Shown piece by piece: positions 46,145-54,063 of a DNA stretch of 64,000 nt. The DNA is from an uncultured candidatus Porisulfidus sp. (GTDB taxonomy: Bacteria > Pseudomonadota > Gammaproteobacteria > Poriferisulfidales > Poriferisulfidaceae). The position numbers and the translations under genes are program-made. The notes under the pieces are model-generated. The model ran no database searches and was not told the DNA's origin. It saw nothing but the letters and a program-made list of their open reading frames with translations. The stretch spans positions 1,241,674-1,305,673 of the forward strand of contig OZ241993.1 in NCBI GenBank assembly GCA_965204575.1, given 5' to 3'. How positions within the stretch are numbered: the first letter of the stretch is position 1; every line of letters begins with the position of its first letter.

Positions 46145-47581
46145 TCAGAGGGACGGCGAGCGGACGACCATCAGTTTGTCGACCTGCATGTCCTCGTAAG
46201 TGTAAGGGATACCGCCCACGCCGTGGCCGGACTGCTTGAGGCCGGCAAAAGGCATCCAGTCGACCCGGAACGCGGTGTGGTTGTTGATCATCACCGCGGC
46301 GGCTTCCAACTGGTGGTAGCAGTGCAGGGCGGTGTCGATGTTCTGGCTGAATACGGCGGCCTGGAACGAATACGGTCCGTCGTTCGCCTGCGCGATGGCG
46401 GCGTCGATGTCGTCGAAGCCGTACACGCAGATCACCGGTCCAAACACCTCGTGGGCGCTGACCTTGGCATCGGCCGGAGGGTTCAGCAGCACGGTCGGCT
46501 GGTAGGCGGTGTCCGACAGTCGCTGGCCTCCGCTGACGAGTTGCGCTCCCGCGTCCACGGCTTCCTGGACCCAGGCTTCGACCCGGTCCACTTCCGCCGG
46601 CCGGATCAGGGGGCCGATTTCCGTGTCGGCTTCGGTCGGATCGCCCACTTTCATGTTGTTGCCCAGTTCGGCCAGCCCTTCGGCAATGCGCTGGGCGATG
46701 CTCTGGTCGGCGTAGACTCGCTGGACCGATACGCAGACCTGTCCGGCATGGTAGAACCCGCCCTTGGCCATCAGGGGCAGGGCGTCGTCGATATCGGCAT
46801 CCGCCGCCACGATGACCGGGGCGATGCCGCCGTGCTCCAGCGCGCAGCGCGCGCCGGGCGCCAGCTTCGAGCGCAACATCCAGCCGACGTCGCCGCTTCC
46901 GATGAAACTGAAAAACGCCACCCGGGGATCTCCGACCATTTGCCCGGCGACCGCGTGATCGCCCAGGTTGATGGCCTGCACGTAGCCTTCGGGAAGCCCG
47001 GCCTGATGCAGCATTTCGACGAAGCGCATGCACGACAGGGGCGTATCGAGTGCCGGCTTGATGATGGCGGGGCATCCGGAAGCGAGGGCGGGGCCGACCT
47101 GGTGCACGATCAAATTGAGCGGGTGGTTGAATGCGGAGAATGCCAGCACCACGCCGATCGGATACTTGCGGGTCAGTGCCATGTGGTGGGCCGACGCGGC
47201 ATTCAGGTTCATCGGGATTTCCTGGCCTGCCTCGGTGCGCATGATTTCCACGCAACTGTGCATGCCGTCGATTGCCCGGGCCACTTCGACCTTGGAATCC
47301 GGCAAGGGCTTGCCGCCTTCGCGGGCTGCTTCCACGGCCAGTTCTTCGCTGCGCGCAGCCATCAACTGCGCGGTTTTCTCCAGCACCTCGATGCGTTTCG
47401 CGGGCGGCAGCCAGCGCGACTTGTCCTGGTAGATCGCAAAGGCAGTCGCTAGAACCTGGTCGGCCTGCTGGCTGTTGACGATGTCGACGGTGCCAATGGG
47501 CGAGCGGTCCCAAGGAGCGTAGACGGTCGCCTGCTCGGCGCAGGCCCCGATGCCGGGAGCAAAAGCGGAGTAGTGTTCCAT
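46145..47581 (-). CDS. NAD(P)-dependent aldehyde dehydrogenase family protein
   Basis: ALEHGGIAP (ELGG-type region) and catalytic Cys FYHAGQVCVS. 478 aa. Confidence 0.85.
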   Translation of the reverse strand: MEHYSAFAPGIGACAEQATVYAPWDRSPIGTVDIVNSQQADQVLATAFAIYQDKSRWLPPAKRIEVLEKTAQLMAARSEELAVEAAREGGKPLPDSKVEVARAIDGMHSCVEIMRTEAGQEIPMNLNAASAHHMALTRKYPIGVVLAFSAFNHPLNLIVHQVGPALASGCPAIIKPALDTPLSCMRFVEMLHQAGLPEGYVQAINLGDHAVAGQMVGDPRVAFFSFIGSGDVGWMLRSKLAPGARCALEHGGIAPVIVAADADIDDALPLMAKGGFYHAGQVCVSVQRVYADQSIAQRIAEGLAELGNNMKVGDPTEADTEIGPLIRPAEVDRVEAWVQEAVDAGAQLVSGGQRLSDTAYQPTVLLNPPADAKVSAHEVFGPVICVYGFDDIDAAIAQANDGPYSFQAAVFSQNIDTALHCYHQLEAAAVMINNHTAFRVDWMPFAGLKQSGHGVGGIPYTYEDMQVDKLMVVRSPSL

Positions 47582-47665
47582 GAGGCTAGGAGCAATGGAA
47601 AAAGCCCATTTTAAACCAAGTATTCCCGCGTCTTGCAGTGCGAGGCGGCTTGTAGGGCAGCCCAG

Positions 47666-48454
47666 TCAGCCCGAAAAAGAAAAGAATTCCTGTGCGCACG
47701 CCTGCGTATGGCGGGCGAATTCGTCCAGGCTCAGGCCCCGGGCCTCAGCGATCTGTTCGGCGATATGGGGCAGCCACATGGGCTCATTGCGGCGAGTTCG
47801 GGGGCGCGGGCGCAGCGTGCGGGGCAATAGATAGGGCGCATCCGTTTCAATCATCAGGCGGTCCAATGGAATCTCTCCGATCAGGTCTCTGAGCGACTGT
47901 CCTCGGCGCTCGTCGCAGAACCAGCCGGTGACGCCGATGTATATGCCGCGCTCAAGACAGGCGTGCAGCAAAGACCGTTCTCCAGTGAAGCAATGCAGGA
48001 CGGCGCGCGGTGGGCGGCTGGCCACGTTATCGAAAACCTGCAGGAAATCCTCGTCCGCATCGCGGTTGTGCATGAGCACGGGCAGACCCAATTCGCCTGC
48101 CAGTTCCAGTTGTTCCGAGAAAACGGCAATCTGTGTTTTGCGAGGCGACAGGTCCCGGTAGTAGTCCAGCCCGCACTCGCCGATGGCGATGACTTTGGGG
48201 TCTTGCTGGAGGCCACGCAGGATTTCGGCGCTGTCGGAGCCCCATTCACGCGCCTGATGCGGATGTACGCCGACTGCCGCCCAGCAGTCGGGGTAGCGCT
48301 GCGCGGTCGAAACGCACGCCCGGCTCTCGGCAAGGTCCGCGCCGGCCAGAAGAAACCGGGTGACGCCAGCTTCCCGGGCCCGCTGCAGGACCTCTTCCTG
48401 ATCGTTTGCGAACGACTCGTGGGTCAGGTTGCAGCAGATGTCAGTGAGCATCAA
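47666..48454 (-). CDS. tatD: TatD family metal-dependent hydrolase
   Basis: N-terminus LTDICCNLTHESF resembles E. coli TatD FDIGVNLT. ECGLDY, HCFTG, ETDAPYL. Confidence 0.85.
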   Translation of the reverse strand: MMLTDICCNLTHESFANDQEEVLQRAREAGVTRFLLAGADLAESRACVSTAQRYPDCWAAVGVHPHQAREWGSDSAEILRGLQQDPKVIAIGECGLDYYRDLSPRKTQIAVFSEQLELAGELGLPVLMHNRDADEDFLQVFDNVASRPPRAVLHCFTGERSLLHACLERGIYIGVTGWFCDERRGQSLRDLIGEIPLDRLMIETDAPYLLPRTLRPRPRTRRNEPMWLPHIAEQIAEARGLSLDEFARHTQACAQEFFSFSG

Positions 48455-49247
48455 GCCTGGGATCTCCGCATTCCGCGCAGCGGCCGAGCCTCATTTCCGA
48501 AAGGGGCTTCTGGCAGGTGCGGCATAGCTGGGGGTAGGTGGCGTGCAGCTGGGGATCCACGGCCAGACGGTCGTCAAAGACAAAGCATTCCCCTTGCCAG
48601 TGGCGGCCGCCGCATTGCTCGAAATAGTTCAGGATGCCTCCGGACAACTGCCAGACTTCCGGATGCCCCTGCTCGCGCAGCCAGGCGCTGGCCAGTTCAC
48701 AGCGGATGCCGCCCGTGCAGTAGGTCACGATGGGTCTCGTGTCTGGCTCCAAGCCGCGAGCTGCTTCCTGGAAATCACGGAACTGATGCAAGGGCAGGGT
48801 TTCGGCGGCGGCAAACTGCCCCAGGTGCGTCTCGTAGACGTTGCGCACGTCCAGCAGTCGAAGTGGGCGACCCTCGTCCAGCCATTGGCATAACTGTTGC
48901 GGCGGCAGGTGAGCGCCCGGCCGGCGGCGGGCGACTGGAGTGTCCACCTGGAGAGGCAGGAGGGAAGGGCGGGAACGGACGATCAGCTTGGAGAAAGGTG
49001 AGACGGTGATGCGGCTGCGCCGGAACTGGAGTTGCTTGAACGGGCTTTCGTCCAAGAGAAGCCGTTCGACTTGGCCGATGCCGTCTTCCGGACCCGACAG
49101 GCTCAGGTTGATTCCCTCGGGGGCCAGGGTGATGTTGCCGGCCAGCTGCAGGCGTTCGCAGGTCTTGAGCAGGTGGCGGCGCAGCGTCTCGTCTTCGTCG
49201 AAGTCCAGGAACTGGTAGGCCGTGGTATGAACCAGAAGAGGCGCCAT
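48441..49247 (-). CDS. trhO: Rhodanese-domain tRNA U34 hydroxylase TrhO (YceA/UPF0176)
   Basis: EGINLSLSG, LLDVRNVYE, active-site loop YCTGGIRCE, C-terminal Cys-rich tail. Confidence 0.8.
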   Translation of the reverse strand: MAPLLVHTTAYQFLDFDEDETLRRHLLKTCERLQLAGNITLAPEGINLSLSGPEDGIGQVERLLLDESPFKQLQFRRSRITVSPFSKLIVRSRPSLLPLQVDTPVARRRPGAHLPPQQLCQWLDEGRPLRLLDVRNVYETHLGQFAAAETLPLHQFRDFQEAARGLEPDTRPIVTYCTGGIRCELASAWLREQGHPEVWQLSGGILNYFEQCGGRHWQGECFVFDDRLAVDPQLHATYPQLCRTCQKPLSEMRLGRCAECGDPRLDAH

Positions 49248-49249
49248 GG

Positions 49250-49765
49250 TCAGAACTGTTCCAAGGTGGTGAACAGGCCGACCCGGAGATCCTTCGCCGT
49301 GTAGATGTCACGGCCATCCACCTGCACCAGGCCGTCGGCAATCCCCATCACCAGTGAACGGGTGATCAGGCGTTTGAGATGGATGTGGTAGTGCACGACG
49401 CGGTTTTCCGGGGTCACCTGGCCGGAGAACTTGACCCGGCCGACGCCCAGCGCCCGGCCTCGTCCCGGGTGACCTTGCCATCCCAGGAAGAACCCCACCA
49501 ACTGCCACAGGGCATCAAGCCCCAGGCAGCCCGGCATCACCGGATCGCCGGGGAAATGGCATTGAAAGAACCAGAGGTCGGGGCGAATGTCCAATTCCGC
49601 CCGTAGTTCTCCCTTCCCGTAGGTTCCGCCTTGTTCGCTGATATGCGTGATGCGGTCCAGCATCAGCATGTTCGGGCTCGGCAACTGGGCGTTGCCTTCG
49701 CCGAACATCTCACCGCGCGCGCAACGCAGGAGCTCCTCGTAGGAGAAACTTTGAGGTGAACCCAT
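49250..49765 (-). CDS. fabA: 3-hydroxydecanoyl-ACP dehydratase/isomerase
   Basis: [21 protein letters not shown]. 171 aa. Confidence 0.9.
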   Translation of the reverse strand: MGSPQSFSYEELLRCARGEMFGEGNAQLPSPNMLMLDRITHISEQGGTYGKGELRAELDIRPDLWFFQCHFPGDPVMPGCLGLDALWQLVGFFLGWQGHPGRGRALGVGRVKFSGQVTPENRVVHYHIHLKRLITRSLVMGIADGLVQVDGRDIYTAKDLRVGLFTTLEQF

Positions 49766-49824
49766 GGGATGGAAACCGGGTAATAAGCCTGCAGACTATT
49801 CTATAGAGTGCGGATGAGGGGAAA

Positions 49825-50781
49825 TCAGGCCGGTTCGGCGTCGGCCTGGGCATCGAGCCGCATCCGCCCCAGGGCGAGACGCAATTCACCGAACGTCTGT
49901 GTCGGGATGATTCGGGTATCGTCGATCACCGCCTCGAAAAGATTCAGGTTGGAGCCGTGCAGGAGGATCGGGTGGCCTTCCGGCACGGCACGGCGAAGTT
50001 TGCGTAACTCATTCGGAAGCAAAGGATCATCGATCGGGTAGGCAGCGATGGCGGTGCACAGGGCCCGGCTGCGTTCCGCTGCGTACGCGATCTCGTCAGC
50101 AGACAGCCCCGCTCCAAGGAAGATCGGCCGCCACCCGTAGGCTCGGGTCGCCACGGCCAAGCGAAGCAGCGGCAGTTCATCGGGTCCGGACAATCCGCCG
50201 GCCACGACCACGCGGAAGGCGGAACCGGTTCCCGGGCGGGTGGCATAGTTCAGCAAGTGGCTGCGGATTACGCCTTCGGCCATGTGCTTCTGCGCCATGC
50301 GCAAGGTTCCATTGCGGCATTCGTCTTGCATGTGCTGGATCAGCGGCGCGATCAGGTCTTCTTGCATGAACAACTCGACCAGGTTCTTCTCGGCGTCACT
50401 CAGGGTTTCGGCCAGCTGTTCCGGATTCATCCTGTCGATTGCCTCGAGGCACCGGTCGAAATATTCCATGACCGCGTCCGTGCGCGGGCGCGAGGAACCG
50501 AGGGAAGGCACCAGAACGGCCGCCTGCTCATCTCCTTCCACCATGGCCTGGAGTTCGGCAGTGGACGCTCGCGCGATGTCGCCGATACGCCGCCCGGCAT
50601 CGGTGGCACGGGCCAGCAGGCGCAGGCGCTCGATGTCCTCGTCTCGGTACAATCGGCGCTGATTTCGGGTGCGCGCCGGTTCGACTGCGTGGTAACGGCG
50701 CTCCCAGGCGCGGATCAACTCGACGCTCAGGCCCGAGCGGCGCGCGGCGACCTGGATGGGATGGAGCGGCGATTCGGCCAT
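49825..50781 (-). CDS. MerR-family regulator with C-terminal B12-binding-domain-like region
   Basis: HTH: IQVAARRSGLSVELIRAWERRY. C-terminal helical bundle plus Rossmann-like FRVVVAGGLSGPDELPLLRLAVATRAYGWRPIFLGAGL. Domain assignment is by eye. Confidence 0.6.
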   Translation of the reverse strand: MAESPLHPIQVAARRSGLSVELIRAWERRYHAVEPARTRNQRRLYRDEDIERLRLLARATDAGRRIGDIARASTAELQAMVEGDEQAAVLVPSLGSSRPRTDAVMEYFDRCLEAIDRMNPEQLAETLSDAEKNLVELFMQEDLIAPLIQHMQDECRNGTLRMAQKHMAEGVIRSHLLNYATRPGTGSAFRVVVAGGLSGPDELPLLRLAVATRAYGWRPIFLGAGLSADEIAYAAERSRALCTAIAAYPIDDPLLPNELRKLRRAVPEGHPILLHGSNLNLFEAVIDDTRIIPTQTFGELRLALGRMRLDAQADAEPA

Positions 50782-50949
50782 GTCAAGTTATCCACCTTTT
50801 GTACAGGAAAATCCGGGGCAATCCGGTGTTTCGTACAGCCATTGTACTGGATGCCCTCCTGTCGGCCAACCGGAGGTTGGGATATTTGTGATAGATTAGC
50901 CTCAAAAGAATCGTGTCCCCACGATTGTCAGAATTACTTAGGAGGAGTC

Positions 50950-52092
50950 GTGAAAAAACTGTTTATCAATCTACGCTATTTCCTCGCGCCGCTGCTGATC
51001 CTGTCGGCACTGTTCGGGGTTTTGGCAGGCGGACCGTGGGTCTGGGTCGGAGTCGCCCTGATGGGCGTCGGCATCCTGGTCGATACCACTACGCCACAAC
51101 GCACCATGGGCGCGGGATTTGACGAAGAGGGTAACACCTATGGCGTCCCCGCTCTTCAGAACGGTGTCATGTACAGCATGCTGGGCGTTTTTGTCCTGTT
51201 GCAGCTGGCCATCTGCTGGCGCATCTACCAGTACGTGAATGGCGTCCCGATGGGGACCGGCACTTTCCTGGGCCTGTCCTACCAGGAAGGAATCACCGGG
51301 ATGGAGTTGGTCGGGGCAGTCGTTTCGACCGGCATCTTCGCCGGCATCGGCATCATCTACGGGCACGAGCTGGCGCACACCAAGGGTTTCAGTTTCGTGA
51401 TCGCCCGCTGGATGATGGGACTGTCTGGTTCGTCCCATTTCTGCTACGCGCATGTGTACAACCACCATCTGGAATTGGGTTGCGAGGACGATCCCGCAAC
51501 TTCGCCGCGCGGGCGCAGCCTGTATGCTCATTTCCCGAAATCCTATTTCGGCCAGAGCAAATTCCTGTATTCGATGGAGAAGCATCGCCTGGAACGTCTG
51601 GGCGTGCCGTTCCTGTCTTGGCAGAACCGCTGGATTCGTGGCTATGCCATGAGCTTGCCGACGCTCTTCCTGTTCTGGATGGCGGGCGGCTGGCTCGGCA
51701 TCTGCGCCATGCTGCTGATCTGGATGATCTCGAACTTCGAGCTGGAAGCGCTCAACTATCTGGAGCACTATGGGCTGATTCGCGAGAAAGGCCAGCCCAT
51801 CGACTATCGCCATAGCTGGGACAACAGCACGGCGTTCACCAGCTGGTTCTTCATTGAGATCGGCCGTCAGGCGGATCACCACGACCGCGGTGAAACCCAC
51901 TTCTGGGAGCTCGACGAGGTCGGGGCGCCGAATACGGGAATGGGGTATTTCACCCTGTTCGCATTGGCGTTGGTTCCGCCGGTGTTCCACAAACTCATGG
52001 AAATAGAGTTGAAGAAGTGGGACGACAACGAAGCCTCCGAAGGCGAGTTGGAAGTCTCCCGCGCGATCAACAAGGTTGCAGGCTACGCATAA
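50950..52092 (+). CDS. AlkB/XylM-like integral-membrane di-iron hydroxylase (fatty acid desaturase superfamily)
   Basis: His boxes HELAHTK, AHVYNHH, NYLEHYGL, RQADHHD. GTG at 50950 is preceded by AGGAGG. The track ORF from 50257 is an upstream extension antisense to the MerR gene. Confidence 0.75.
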   Translation: MKKLFINLRYFLAPLLILSALFGVLAGGPWVWVGVALMGVGILVDTTTPQRTMGAGFDEEGNTYGVPALQNGVMYSMLGVFVLLQLAICWRIYQYVNGVPMGTGTFLGLSYQEGITGMELVGAVVSTGIFAGIGIIYGHELAHTKGFSFVIARWMMGLSGSSHFCYAHVYNHHLELGCEDDPATSPRGRSLYAHFPKSYFGQSKFLYSMEKHRLERLGVPFLSWQNRWIRGYAMSLPTLFLFWMAGGWLGICAMLLIWMISNFELEALNYLEHYGLIREKGQPIDYRHSWDNSTAFTSWFFIEIGRQADHHDRGETHFWELDEVGAPNTGMGYFTLFALALVPPVFHKLMEIELKKWDDNEASEGELEVSRAINKVAGYA

Positions 52093-52122
52093 GAGGTCTG
52101 AAAACCCCAACCCTATAAAGGA

Positions 52123-52154
52123 GCGCCCCCTTTCGAGGGGGCGTTTCTTTTTTT
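52123..52154 (+). terminator. Rho-independent terminator after the AlkB-like gene
   Basis: gcgccccc-tttcga-gggggcg followed by tttcttttttt. Confidence 0.8.
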
Positions 52155-52180
52155 GGGCAGGCCCTCCGTACAATAGGATC

Positions 52181-52879
52181 ATGAGTGAATTCGGGCAAAC
52201 CCGCCGGCTGGAAGACCGATTGATCGACGATGTCGCGGCCGCAGGGCAGTCGGCACAGCAGCAGCGTCGGTTGACGCTGGAGAAAGAGTTGCGCCGCCCG
52301 GACCTCAAGGATTCGGAACGTCTTGACGCACAACTGGAACTCTCTGGGATTCTGCTTGATCTCGGCGAGTCCGGGACGGCTTTCGCGATGGCCCGGGAGG
52401 TACTGGACGCGGGGATTCGGGCGGAACGCTACGAAAGGGCGGCCTCGGCCTGCCGGGTCATGTACCTGAGCGAGCAGCCGGAGTCCACGTCGGCCCTGGG
52501 ACACGGCCTTTGGCTCGCGCTGGCTTGCCCGATGGATCTGGATCTGACTTGGCAACTGTTCCGCCATTTGGTAGAGGAGACTCCGGCTCATTCCGATGGC
52601 GCGGCCGTGGCTGCGATGCTGGCTTATTTCTTGATGGACAAGCGGGCAGCCGGCGCGGAACGCGATCGTCTAATCTTCCTGGCCCAGCAGCAAGTTGCGG
52701 AAGTGGCTGAACGCCACCGCGGCATTACCAACGATGAGACAATCGGAGTCTGGGTGCAGATGCACGACCTGGACGACGTGGATGTGTTGCTGGAACGGAT
52801 GGGACGCATCCTCGACGCAATCACGCCGGACTGGTGGTTCGACCGGGAGGCGGTGCGCGCCCGGTTCGCTTCCGACTGA
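52181..52879 (+). CDS. Hypothetical protein (232 aa)
   Basis: ATG at 52181 lies just after the terminator. Helical, acidic. No family recognised. Confidence 0.5.
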   Translation: MSEFGQTRRLEDRLIDDVAAAGQSAQQQRRLTLEKELRRPDLKDSERLDAQLELSGILLDLGESGTAFAMAREVLDAGIRAERYERAASACRVMYLSEQPESTSALGHGLWLALACPMDLDLTWQLFRHLVEETPAHSDGAAVAAMLAYFLMDKRAAGAERDRLIFLAQQQVAEVAERHRGITNDETIGVWVQMHDLDDVDVLLERMGRILDAITPDWWFDREAVRARFASD

Positions 52880-52898
52880 TTCCAACCGGTACGGGGTC

Positions 52899-53990
52899 AT
52901 GGCATCCGCTGACGATCCTTATGCACGCCGTATCATCCATATCGACATGGATGCGTTCTATGCGGCGGTCGAGATGCGCGAGGACCCTTCGCTACGAGGT
53001 CGCCCCCTGGTCGTCGGCGGTGATCCGGAACGGCGGGGCACGGTGGCGACATGCAATTACGAGGCCCGAGCCTATGGCATTCACTCGGCAATGGCGAGCC
53101 GGACCGCCAAGAAACGATGCCCGGAAGTCATCTTCATCCGCCCGCGGTTCGACCTGTACCGTGCAGTGTCGGCCGAAATACGTGAAATCTTCCTCCATTA
53201 CACTCCCAAGGTCGAGCCCTTGTCCCTGGACGAAGCCTACCTTGACGTGACCGGTTGCCGCCTGTTCGGTGGAATTGCTACTGACATTGCACGCGATATC
53301 AAGCGTCGCATCCTGGAGAAAACCCGGTTGACCGGTTCGGCCGGCGTCTCCTACAACAAGTTCCTGGCCAAAATCGCTTCGGACATGAACAAGCCGGACG
53401 GTTTGACCGTGGTGCGCCCGGAGGGTGGCCCAAAGCTGGTGGCCCGCCTGCCGATCCGAAAGTTCTTCGGGATCGGGCCGGTCACGGCAGCGCGAATGAA
53501 GGAATTGGGAATCGAAACCGGAACCGATCTCAGGCAGTGGCCGCTGGAACGACTCCAGCCTTTGTTCGGGAAGCATGCCGAGTACTACTACCAGGCGGCG
53601 AGGGGGTTGGATTTTCGCGAAGTGGAACCGGGTCGTCCTCGAAAGTCGGTAGGCTCGGAGACGACGTTCGTGCAGGATATTCAGGATTTGGAGGAAATGC
53701 TGAAGGCGCTCAAGTTGCGGGCGCGCGAGGTGGCGCTGGATCTGCAGGAAAAGCGGTTAACCGGGAAGACAGTTACGGTGAAAGTCAAGTTCAGCAATTT
53801 TACGCAGGTCACCCGGAGCCATTCGTTCGATCGGCCATTGACTTCGTATCGACAGATGGCAGATGTCCTGCCGGATTTGTTGCGCCGGGCCGCACAACCG
53901 GGTCACGCAGTGCGCCTGCTCGGGGTGACGGTTTCGAACTTGGTTCCGCATTCCGATGAAGAAGGGCCGGTGCAGCGTAGCCTTTTGTAG
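52899..53990 (+). CDS. dinB: DNA polymerase IV
   Basis: IIHIDMDAFYAAVEMREDP, SLDEAYLDVT, GIGPVTAARM. Confidence 0.9.
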   Translation: MASADDPYARRIIHIDMDAFYAAVEMREDPSLRGRPLVVGGDPERRGTVATCNYEARAYGIHSAMASRTAKKRCPEVIFIRPRFDLYRAVSAEIREIFLHYTPKVEPLSLDEAYLDVTGCRLFGGIATDIARDIKRRILEKTRLTGSAGVSYNKFLAKIASDMNKPDGLTVVRPEGGPKLVARLPIRKFFGIGPVTAARMKELGIETGTDLRQWPLERLQPLFGKHAEYYYQAARGLDFREVEPGRPRKSVGSETTFVQDIQDLEEMLKALKLRAREVALDLQEKRLTGKTVTVKVKFSNFTQVTRSHSFDRPLTSYRQMADVLPDLLRRAAQPGHAVRLLGVTVSNLVPHSDEEGPVQRSLL

Positions 53991-54063
53991 GGGCGTATAT
54001 GGAAGTTGAGAGTTGAGGGTTTTCACGGCTCTGTTGTGGAAATCCGTGCTAGAGTAAATCACC

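Noticed and set aside
50257-50949. N-terminal 231 codons of the 611-aa track ORF for the AlkB-like gene
   Set aside because: This stretch is antisense to the MerR regulator gene and crosses the divergent intergenic region. AGGAGG followed by the GTG at 50950 gives a protein beginning with the first TM helix.
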